Virus record (IMG/VR): IMGVR_UViG_3300010218_000015
Span: 1 to 45,170 of that record
DNA from: a virus
Length of the DNA: 45,170 nt
Reading direction: 5' to 3' (one strand)
Every line of letters begins with the position of its first letter. The first letter of the stretch is position 1. This document shows, in pieces, positions 21,191 through 27,495 of the stretch. The notes beneath the pieces were generated by a model, which did not search any database, was not told where the DNA came from, and saw only the letters and a list, made by a program, of their open reading frames with translations. The position numbers and the translations under genes are program-made.

Positions 21191-21233
21191 CTTTGCCCGC
21201 ATCCCGCGGGCTTTTTCATTTCTGGGGGTCTGA

Positions 21234-21656
21234 ATGTCCGAACCGATCAGCGGCAGCGCGGCAGCGGGGGCCGCAGGTGCGGCCGCTTTCAAAGCCTTGG
21301 GCGGCCCGGCCGCCGTGGCAGGAGGTGCGAGCGTGCTTGCGACGATTGTGGTGATGGTGATGACGCTGCCGCGCACGCGGGGCGAGTGGGCTGTTGCCTT
21401 GATCTCGACGGTGGTGGCCAGCCTGTGCGGCGGTGCGGCGGTGATTCAGTACCTCGGCCTGGCGGCTTGGATGACCACCACCAACGGGACCATGGCGCTG
21501 GGCGGCATCTACTTCGTGTGCGGGTTGCCGGGCTGGTCGCTCGTGCGGTGGGCGTTCAATTTTCTGAACAAGCGCAAGGACAAGGATCTGGCGGAGGTTG
21601 CGTCCGAGGTCGCGGACGATGTGCGCAAGATCGCAACAGGCGGCACCCATGGATGA
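21234..21656 (+). CDS. Holin-like membrane protein
   Basis: A 140-aa ORF with about 3 hydrophobic segments and a charged C-terminus (KRKDKDLAEV...). It lies immediately upstream of, and overlaps, the endolysin gene. Confidence 0.6.
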   Translation: MSEPISGSAAAGAAGAAAFKALGGPAAVAGGASVLATIVVMVMTLPRTRGEWAVALISTVVASLCGGAAVIQYLGLAAWMTTTNGTMALGGIYFVCGLPGWSLVRWAFNFLNKRKDKDLAEVASEVADDVRKIATGGTHG

Positions 21657-22086
21657 GCAGATGAAAACGTCGGCCGCAGGCATCGCCCTGATCAAGAGCT
21701 TCGAGAAGTGCCGGCTGACCGCCTACCGGGATGCCGTGGGCGTTTTGACAATCGGCTGGGGCCACACGGGAAATGTTTGGCTCGGGATGGTCATCACGCA
21801 GGAGCAGGCGGACGCGCTGCTGTCCGCTGACATCCAGCGTTTCGAGAAAGGCGTCACCGCGATGCTCAAGGTTCCGGTCACACAAGGACAATTCGACGCC
21901 TTGGTGTCGTTCGCCTTCAATTGCGGGCTGGGCAATCTCGCCTCGTCGACCCTGCTGCGCAAGCTGAACGCCGGCGACATGCGGGGTGCAGCCGCTGAGT
22001 TCCCGCGCTGGAACAAGGCCGGCGGCGGAGTGCTTCGTGGCCTGACACTCCGGCGCGAGGCAGAACAGAAGCTGTTTATGGCCTGA
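21649..22086 (+). CDS. Endolysin, GH24 lysozyme family
   Basis: GIALIKSFEKCRLTAYRDAVGVLTIGWGHTG matches the catalytic E...D...T region of lambda/T4-type lysozymes. ATG 21649 overlaps the holin stop; an alternative ATG lies at 21661. Confidence 0.85.
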   Translation: MDEQMKTSAAGIALIKSFEKCRLTAYRDAVGVLTIGWGHTGNVWLGMVITQEQADALLSADIQRFEKGVTAMLKVPVTQGQFDALVSFAFNCGLGNLASSTLLRKLNAGDMRGAAAEFPRWNKAGGGVLRGLTLRREAEQKLFMA

Positions 22087-22115
22087 GCCATAACCGTCCA
22101 AACTCGTCCATACCG

Positions 22116-22138
22116 GCCCCGCCCAGCGCGGGGCTTTT
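22116..22138 (+). terminator. Terminator-like hairpin inside the lysis cassette
   Basis: Stem gccccgc/gcggggc with loop ccagc, followed by TTTT. Confidence 0.6.
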
Positions 22139-22156
22139 GCATCTCTGGAGGGCCGC

Positions 22157-22714
22157 ATGGCCGTCACCGATACCCACGAAGAGAAAGAGACGCTGGCCGT
22201 CGACGTGATGCTGCCTGGCCACGAGGCGCGCGTCACGACGCCGCTGTTCCTGCGCTCCAAGAAGTTGCTGATGGAGCGCGAGGGCGGCCGCTGTTTCATC
22301 TGCGGGTGTACCGCAGAAGAGAGCGGGCATCCGCTGGAAGCGCACCACCACCCGATCGAGCGCTCGCTTGCCAACCTCATCAACTGGGAGCGCGTCGCCG
22401 AGCAGGCGAAGGCCGGCGAGTTTGGCGCGCGTGCCGCGGCGTTCAACTGGGATGGCTTTTTCAAGGATGCCACGACAGTAACGGCGCCGGCGGTGAAGGG
22501 GCACCTGGCCGCTCAGTACCGCGTGCCCGCTGACCCCTACCTGTTCGTCGACGACATGACTGTCAACGGCCTGCTGCTCTGCAAGCAGCACCACACCGGC
22601 AAGGACGCCGGCATCCACGACATGCCTTTCCCGCTTTGGATCGCCCAGCGGTACGCGATCGACGGCTACCAGTTCACCCCCAATGAGGTCATCCACCATG
22701 CTGATGGTCATTGA
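22157..22714 (+). CDS. HNH-like zinc-finger nuclease-fold protein (split HNH motif)
   Basis: RBS GGAGGG. It contains CFICGC...GHPLEAHHHP and NGLLLCKQHHTG, i.e. HNH-type Cys/His motifs separated by a ~75-aa insert. It lies between the endolysin and spanin genes. Confidence 0.5.
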   Translation: MAVTDTHEEKETLAVDVMLPGHEARVTTPLFLRSKKLLMEREGGRCFICGCTAEESGHPLEAHHHPIERSLANLINWERVAEQAKAGEFGARAAAFNWDGFFKDATTVTAPAVKGHLAAQYRVPADPYLFVDDMTVNGLLLCKQHHTGKDAGIHDMPFPLWIAQRYAIDGYQFTPNEVIHHADGH

Positions 22715-23111
22715 GAAGGTCGCCGACTGGCTTTTCGGCGACGTGAAGCGCATCCTGATCGTGGCGGTACTGCTGGTGATCGGCATGGCCGCCGCCGTCG
22801 GCATGATCTACAGGCACGAGCGCGATACGGCGCGTGCCGAACTCGCGCAAGCCAAGGCCGATTTGGCAAAGGCGCGGGAGGACAACAAAGAGCTTGGGGC
22901 GTCGCTGGCACGCCAGAGCCAGGCGGTTACCGCCATGCAGAAGGCAGCGGTTGCGCGCGAGGCCGCTGCGGAGGCGGCTGACAAGGCGGCCCAGGCAGAG
23001 CAGGCCAAGTACAGCATCGCTGCCGGCCGCATCTTGGCGCAGCAGCCGGGCCTAGATGCCTGCGCGTCGCTGCACGCGCTTCGGCTCAACTACACCGGGA
23101 GCCAGCCATGA
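22698..23111 (+). CDS. Rz: Inner-membrane spanin (Rz-like)
   Basis: MLMVIEKVADWLFGDVKRILIVAVLLVIGMAAAV forms an N-terminal TM segment, followed by an Ala/Glu/Lys coiled coil. The start at 22698 lies 8 nt after GAGG; the track start is 22683. Confidence 0.7.
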   Translation: MLMVIEKVADWLFGDVKRILIVAVLLVIGMAAAVGMIYRHERDTARAELAQAKADLAKAREDNKELGASLARQSQAVTAMQKAAVAREAAAEAADKAAQAEQAKYSIAAGRILAQQPGLDACASLHALRLNYTGSQP

Positions 23112-23365
23112 TGCGCGCTGCCGCGCTGTGCCTGCTGCTGGCCGGTTGCGCCAGCGCGCCGCAGGTCATCGAAAACCCGGTCGAGGTGAAGGTGCCTGTG
23201 CCGGTTCCGTGCAACGTGCCGGAGATCGCGGTGCCGGCGTGGCCTCTCGCGGCTGTGCCGGCGTCGGCCAGCGACTTCGAGTTCTACAAGGCAGCGCTGG
23301 CGGAACTCGAGTTACGAAAGGGCTACGAAAAGCGCCTTCTTGCCGCTTTGGGCGCATGCCGGTGA
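23108..23365 (+). CDS. Rz1: Outer-membrane lipoprotein spanin (Rz1-like, separate gene)
   Basis: ATGA overlap with Rz. The signal peptide carries lipobox LLAGC, and the mature part is Pro-rich (PVEVKVPVPVPCNVPEIAVPAWP). Confidence 0.75.
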   Translation: MMRAAALCLLLAGCASAPQVIENPVEVKVPVPVPCNVPEIAVPAWPLAAVPASASDFEFYKAALAELELRKGYEKRLLAALGACR

Positions 23366-23368
23366 CCG

Positions 23369-24307
23369 TTACCCTGCGACGCTGTGCGTGAAGTGCGGCA
23401 TCGCGTTGTCGGCAAGGATCTTGTCTATCGCCTCGAGGTTGTTCGGGTCGGGGTTCAGCCAGGCGTCCAGGTCTCCGGACTTGATCGGCACCGGGCAGCG
23501 GTCGTGTCCAGCCTCGGAGATCTCCGGCGGCGGGTCGGTCGTGATGATGGCGAACGAGAGCAGATCCTTCTCGCCCGGCTTGGTCGCCCGCCAGTGCGAC
23601 CAGAGGCAGGCCACAATCATCGTCTGCGGAGGGTCCGGTCGGAACTCCAGGATGACGTTCCTTCCCTGCGCATCCTTCACGTTCTCGTAGAAGGCGTCCA
23701 CCAGCACCACGCCGTGCGTGTGGCCGTATTGGCCCTTCCAAAACCCCCGCAGGTTGTCCATGCGCGCGTTGTACGTGCCTGGGTACTTGGTGTCGTAGAA
23801 CTCTGGCTTTCCGGCAGGCCGGCACTGGTAGCGCATGGGCTTGATGACGCGGCGGCCGTTCTCCCAGATCATCACGGGTGCGTACCAGCCCGGGAATATC
23901 CGCGAGTCGCGCGGCTTGATCTCGTTGCTCCTCAGCTCGTCGAGCTTGCCCTCCACCCAAGCCACCTTGTTCGAGGCCTTGCGCAGCTCTTCGGTCGCGG
24001 TCTTCGTGGCCTTGCGCTCCACAGCGGCCCGCGCCTTCTCCAATCGTTCGCGTTGCTTGGCGAGCTCCTGTAGGAGCTTGATCTCTTCAGCCTCCTGACC
24101 GGCTCGCAGCACCTCCGCAATTTTTTTCTCTTCCTCCGTCTCCGGCGATTCCAGGAACGGCGCTGTCATGGCCTTCGGAAACTTCACCGAGCCCGGGTTC
24201 TTGAAGTATTCGGTCACCAGGCGCGTGAACTCGTCGAGCGACATGATTGCGCCGTACTCGCTGACGAAGCGCTTGTAGTCGGCTTTGATCTGGGCTGAGT
24301 AGCACAT
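23369..24307 (-). CDS. SOS response-associated peptidase (SRAP/YedK-like) with a long N-terminal helical insertion
   Basis: It starts MC (Cys2 nucleophile position). The C-terminal half carries SRAP-like motifs (YNARMDNL, SFAIITTDPPPEISEAGHDRCPVPI...WLNP). A charged helical segment of roughly 120 aa follows the N-terminus. A LexA box lies 50 nt upstream. Confidence 0.7.
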   Translation of the reverse strand: MCYSAQIKADYKRFVSEYGAIMSLDEFTRLVTEYFKNPGSVKFPKAMTAPFLESPETEEEKKIAEVLRAGQEAEEIKLLQELAKQRERLEKARAAVERKATKTATEELRKASNKVAWVEGKLDELRSNEIKPRDSRIFPGWYAPVMIWENGRRVIKPMRYQCRPAGKPEFYDTKYPGTYNARMDNLRGFWKGQYGHTHGVVLVDAFYENVKDAQGRNVILEFRPDPPQTMIVACLWSHWRATKPGEKDLLSFAIITTDPPPEISEAGHDRCPVPIKSGDLDAWLNPDPNNLEAIDKILADNAMPHFTHSVAG

Positions 24308-24357
24308 GGGCGGCTCCCGTGGGGTCGGCCCATGATAGAGCGGGGCACCTTTTTGAA

Positions 24358-24377
24358 TACTGTATATTTATACAGTA
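24358..24377. promoter_or_regulatory. LexA (SOS) box, TACTGTATATTTATACAGTA
   Basis: A perfect CTGT-N8-ACAG palindrome with an AT-rich spacer, in the 69-bp gap between divergent genes. It is flanked by TTGAAT (24353-24358, + strand) and by TATTCA/TTTTCA hexamers on the - strand. Confidence 0.85.
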
Positions 24378-24592
24378 TGAAAACCCCATCATGCCCAGGA
24401 CTCGACGAGGGCCTTCATTGGAGCGACATCCTGCACAGGGAACGCAAGTGCTGGACGTGCTCGCACGCCATCGTCAAGGTGCATGGTCATCCGACAGTGC
24501 ACTGGGTGAGCTATGTTGCGGGATGCGATCGAGGGCTTCCGAACACGAGTTACCCGTGCGACGGGTATGAGCGCGAGCCGGGTGTCGACTGA
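24377..24592 (+). CDS. Small Cys-rich hypothetical protein (71 aa) downstream of the LexA box
   Basis: The sequence is MKTPSCPGLDEGLHWSDILHRERKCWTCSHAIVKVHGHPTVHWVSYVAGCDRGLPNTSYPCDGYEREPGVD. A hand count gives GC3 of about 72% in this frame against about 51% in the overlapping frame (24391-24570). The start is uncertain (ATG 24377 or 24332). Confidence 0.45.
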   Translation: MKTPSCPGLDEGLHWSDILHRERKCWTCSHAIVKVHGHPTVHWVSYVAGCDRGLPNTSYPCDGYEREPGVD

Positions 24593-24626
24593 CGTTTTGC
24601 GGAAATGCCGTCGGATTGCGGAAAAG

Positions 24627-24660
24627 CAAAAAGCCCAGTCGGTGAGGACTGGGCTTTTTA
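24627..24660. terminator. Bidirectional rho-independent terminator
   Basis: A 10-bp stem aagcccagtc/gactgggctt with loop ggtgag, an A-run upstream and a T-run downstream. Confidence 0.8.
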
Positions 24661-24669
24661 CGCGAGTTC

Positions 24670-24717
24670 TGGTGGGGCGTGAGTGACTCGAACACTCGAC
24701 CTACGGATTAAGAGTCC
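24670..24717 (-). other. attP core: 3' portion of a tRNA gene (anticodon loop to CCA; possibly tRNA-Lys CUU)
   Basis: The reverse complement reads GGACTCTTAATCCGTAGGTCGAGTGTTCGAGTCACTCACGCCCCACCA. This gives a T-arm GAGTG-TTCGAGT-CACTC, a 3' acceptor strand plus A-CCA, and an anticodon loop CTCTTAA. No D-arm or 5' acceptor strand is present upstream. Confidence 0.7.
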
Positions 24718-24834
24718 ACCCCAATTTATAGGTGCGTCAAACACTTAGGTATAAAGAACGTTCCGCAAAACACGCTGGCTAGATGCCCGCAGACCCGCAT
24801 TCCACCGCATGGCGAACCCGGTTTGCGGAACGGT

Positions 24835-25905
24835 TTACCGGGTAGGTTTGACCTTGTCGCCACGGCGTTGCCGCACGTAGTGCTCGGTCATTGCGAGAGA
24901 CGAGTGGCCGAGCTGGATCTGCGCCTGGCGGATGTCTCCCGACATGTCGGTTTTGTCCGTGCCAGCCTTGGCGCGCAGGTCGCGAAACTGGAACGCATCC
25001 TTCTCGATGCCCGCAGTCTCGCGTGCCTTGTCGAAGCGCGAGCGCAGGGCATCGCGGCCCAGCCTCTGCCCAGACTCGTTGACGACCAGCGCCGTGCTCA
25101 CCACCTTGTAGCCCTTCTTGCGCGCCCGGATGCGCTCGACCACAACGGCCAGTTCGCCCACCACCGCGATGCGCAGTTTCTTCTTCGTCTTGCCCTGCTG
25201 GATTTCCAGCTCATTGGTGCCGTTGATGTGGCGTTCGTCAAATCGGAGGGTGTCAGCCGGCCGCTGCCCGGTCAGGTAGGCCAAGTCCATAGCGTCGCGC
25301 AGCGGCTGATCCGCCGCCTTGTACACGGCGGCGAACACATCATCTTCTACGTACACATCACGGCCTTCCTCGACGTTCCGCTTCACGCCTGCGCAAGGAT
25401 TCGGCGCCTTGGTGAGGCCAGAGTCACGGGCATAGTTGAAGACATGGGAGAACAGGGCAACCTCGCGATTCGCGCGCACATGGCCTGCATCGTGCGGTGC
25501 CGTGCGGCCTTTCTCCTCGTACCACTTCCGCGCCTTCTCGGCACGCCAGCGGAAATAGGCCCGAACGTGCGTCGGCTCGATCTCGTCGAGCGGCGCCCCC
25601 GCGAAGAACTCGCGCAGGTTGTCGAGTTCCTTCACGTTGTCGCTGCGAGTGCGGGGTGACTTTGTGGGCAGCACGTCCGCGACATAGCGGGTCGCTGCCT
25701 GATCGAACGTCACGATGGCGCCTACGGGGGCCTTGGCCTGCTCCAGCTCTGACCACTTACGCACTGCTTCAACGTAATCGGTGCCCAGCGCCAGTTCTTT
25801 GCGCGGCTTGCCGCCGAGGTCGTAGAAGTAGTAAGTCTTCGCGCCGCGGTGGCGAGCTCGCATCCCGGCCGGCAGGTTCGTGTTTCGCGTTGGCTTGCGT
25901 CCCAT
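24835..25905 (-). CDS. int: Tyrosine integrase
   Basis: A 356-aa ORF with catalytic-domain motifs LTGQRPADT, FRDLRAKAGT and LGHSSLAMTEHYV. It is adjacent to the attP core and follows xis by 4 nt. Confidence 0.9.
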   Translation of the reverse strand: MGRKPTRNTNLPAGMRARHRGAKTYYFYDLGGKPRKELALGTDYVEAVRKWSELEQAKAPVGAIVTFDQAATRYVADVLPTKSPRTRSDNVKELDNLREFFAGAPLDEIEPTHVRAYFRWRAEKARKWYEEKGRTAPHDAGHVRANREVALFSHVFNYARDSGLTKAPNPCAGVKRNVEEGRDVYVEDDVFAAVYKAADQPLRDAMDLAYLTGQRPADTLRFDERHINGTNELEIQQGKTKKKLRIAVVGELAVVVERIRARKKGYKVVSTALVVNESGQRLGRDALRSRFDKARETAGIEKDAFQFRDLRAKAGTDKTDMSGDIRQAQIQLGHSSLAMTEHYVRQRRGDKVKPTR

Positions 25906-25909
25906 GATT

Positions 25910-26170
25910 TCAGCCTACGAGTGCAAGAGTGGGGGGCTGCCACTTCTTTTTCGGCTCGGCGGCGGCAACCTCGGCCGCGCGGCGCCCTTCGATTGCAGCG
26001 CGCGCTACGATCGGACGCCCGCGCGCATTCTCCCAGAACGGAATCCCGGCCGCGCGCAGCCAAGCGATCTGCAATTGCTCGCGGGTACGCTTATTCTTGC
26101 CGATCTTCACACCGGTCAGTTCTTCGATCTCTTCGGGCGAGAGGAAAGTATCGCTCACTTTAAGCCCCAC
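25910..26170 (-). CDS. xis: Excisionase-like protein (DUF4224-like)
   Basis: FLSPEEIEELTGVKIGKNKRTREQLQIAWLRAAGIPFWENARGRPIV, located directly upstream of int. It uses a GTG start at 26170, or an alternative GTG at 26158. Confidence 0.6.
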   Translation of the reverse strand: MGLKVSDTFLSPEEIEELTGVKIGKNKRTREQLQIAWLRAAGIPFWENARGRPIVARAAIEGRRAAEVAAAEPKKKWQPPTLALVG

Positions 26171-26210
26171 TCTCGTTTCGTTGTTTCGATGATTCGTGCT
26201 GCTGCGTTCG

Positions 26211-26819
26211 TCATAGCCCTAACTCGGCCTTTGCCTGCTGCCATGCCGCATTGACGGCTGCCATTCGCTCCAGCGATCCGCCGCGATCCGGGTGATGTTC
26301 GGAAGCTTGCCGACGGAACGCCGCGCGTACCGTTTCGACGTCGCACACGCCTGACGCCACGCCGAGCACCTCGCGCCAGGTCTTCTCAGCCGCTGGTGCA
26401 GTCAGCGCAGCGAAGCCAGTGAAAGCTGCTTCCAGCATGTCGCCGGTGCCCCAGCGCGCGATGCCGCGCAGCGCTTCGATGGTCTTGGCGATGGCCTGCA
26501 TGTTGTGCTCGATCTTGCGCCAGCGGTCGCAGGCGAATGACATCTGCCGCTTCTTGTAGACGAAGTAGACCGCCACGCCGACGTCTTCCGGCTGGCGCTG
26601 GTTGGCTAGCGGCAAGCCGTCGCGGCGCAGCGCAAGGTTCGTGCTGATGACGATCTGCGGATCGCGCGCGTAGCGGCCGCCGCACAGCAGCGTCACTTCG
26701 CGCACCACGTTGTCGCGCGCGCGGCCCAGCGTCACGTTGAAATTCGCGTCCTCGCGGTTCCATTGCTCGGTGCGTGGCCGGCCTGTCGGCCACTGCAGCG
26801 GATACGCTTCAAACATCAC
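26211..26819 (-). CDS. J-domain (DnaJ-like) protein with a conserved phage N-terminal domain
   Basis: The C-terminus VETVRAAFRRQASEHHPDRGGSLERMAAVNAAWQQAK carries the HPD motif. The N-terminus YPLQWPTGRPRT...VISTNLALRRDGLPL resembles a common prophage family. Confidence 0.75.
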   Translation of the reverse strand: MMFEAYPLQWPTGRPRTEQWNREDANFNVTLGRARDNVVREVTLLCGGRYARDPQIVISTNLALRRDGLPLANQRQPEDVGVAVYFVYKKRQMSFACDRWRKIEHNMQAIAKTIEALRGIARWGTGDMLEAAFTGFAALTAPAAEKTWREVLGVASGVCDVETVRAAFRRQASEHHPDRGGSLERMAAVNAAWQQAKAELGL

Positions 26820-27166
26820 TCTCCTTCCTGCACGCTAGGTTGTGCGCCAGCCAGTAACAAGAGCTTTCCGCAGCTGTGGCAATAGCGCATAGAGTTCTCG
26901 ATTGGACCGCCGTCGATGAACGACCATTTCTCGCCGCATCCGCTGTCGTATGTGTCGGGCATGTGGTCTTCGTCCGGATCTTTGGTCCACGTGCACGTCG
27001 GGCGCCGGTTCCAGTCGCTATCACTCCCCGCGCCATCCTCTCGTAGGCGAGTGCTAGCACCACAGTTTCGGCATTCCAACCAGTTGTCACCGATGCCGTT
27101 TCCCAGCAAGAGCGGTTCTTCATCGCATCCGCAGAACGGACATGGTCTGTATTTCGGCTCACTCAC
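26816..27166 (-). CDS. Lar-like zinc-ribbon protein (restriction alleviation family-like)
   Basis: The N-terminus YRPCPFCGCDEEP...LECRNCGAS forms a CxxC...CxxC ribbon as in the Lar family. A second Cys cluster lies at the C-terminus (YCHSCG). ATGA overlaps occur on both sides. Confidence 0.5.
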   Translation of the reverse strand: MSEPKYRPCPFCGCDEEPLLLGNGIGDNWLECRNCGASTRLREDGAGSDSDWNRRPTCTWTKDPDEDHMPDTYDSGCGEKWSFIDGGPIENSMRYCHSCGKLLLLAGAQPSVQEGE

Positions 27167-27495
27167 TTCTGCCTCCCAATCTCAGCGGCTGCGCGGACGA
27201 TGGCGTTGCGGTGGCAGTCGGGATAGTCACCACCCCAGAATTCCTGAATGAGCCCGAATACCCCTCGACTCCATGCACAGCAGTCATGGAAATCTATGGA
27301 GATTCTTAGCTTTGCTGCCAGCCGTAGCGCATCACCGTCATTTACTAGAGGGTTCCAATACTCGCCTAGGCTTTCCGACCAGATGGCACCGGAGAACCCA
27401 TAGCGAAACTCACCCCAGCCCTCCATGTCCTTGTACTCGGCGTCTTGCAGGCCAGCCGCCTTAGCCGCCAGCTCCAACAGTTCTCGATCACTCAC
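27163..27495 (-). CDS. Hypothetical conserved phage protein
   Basis: A 110-aa ORF that is translationally coupled on both sides. It contains WNPLVNDGDALRLAAKLRISI, a motif recurrent in small phage proteins. Confidence 0.6.
   Translation of the reverse strand: MSDRELLELAAKAAGLQDAEYKDMEGWGEFRYGFSGAIWSESLGEYWNPLVNDGDALRLAAKLRISIDFHDCCAWSRGVFGLIQEFWGGDYPDCHRNAIVRAAAEIGRQK

Larger units (their letters stand above)
24597..24830. repeat. attP region with four copies of TTGCGGAA (candidate arm-type integrase binding sites)
   Basis: The copies are at 24597-24604 (+), 24616-24623 (+), 24761-24768 (inverted) and 24823-24830 (+). They flank the tRNA-like core. Confidence 0.55.

Noticed and set aside
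20405-21376. A 323-aa minus-strand ORF spanning the acyltransferase 3' half, its terminator and the holin start
   Set aside because: It crosses an intrinsic terminator and an intergenic region. The + strand product is a coherent polytopic membrane protein.
24319-24570. An alternative + strand frame downstream of the LexA box (MPRTRRGPSLERH... from ATG 24391)
   Set aside because: Its GC3 is only about 51% by hand count, against about 72% for the overlapping frame. I keep it in mind only because a TTGAAT-17-TATGAA promoter would put the TSS just upstream of this ATG.
24670-24717. A possible complete tRNA gene
   Set aside because: Only the anticodon-loop-to-CCA portion is present. The upstream sequence (cctataaattgggg...) cannot form a D-arm or a 5' acceptor strand. 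It is interpreted as the attP core instead.
24823-25907. + strand ORFs (24823-25659 and 25497-25907) antisense to the integrase gene
   Set aside because: The minus-strand product has a full set of tyrosine-recombinase motifs. The + strand translations are Arg/Leu/Ala-rich shadows.
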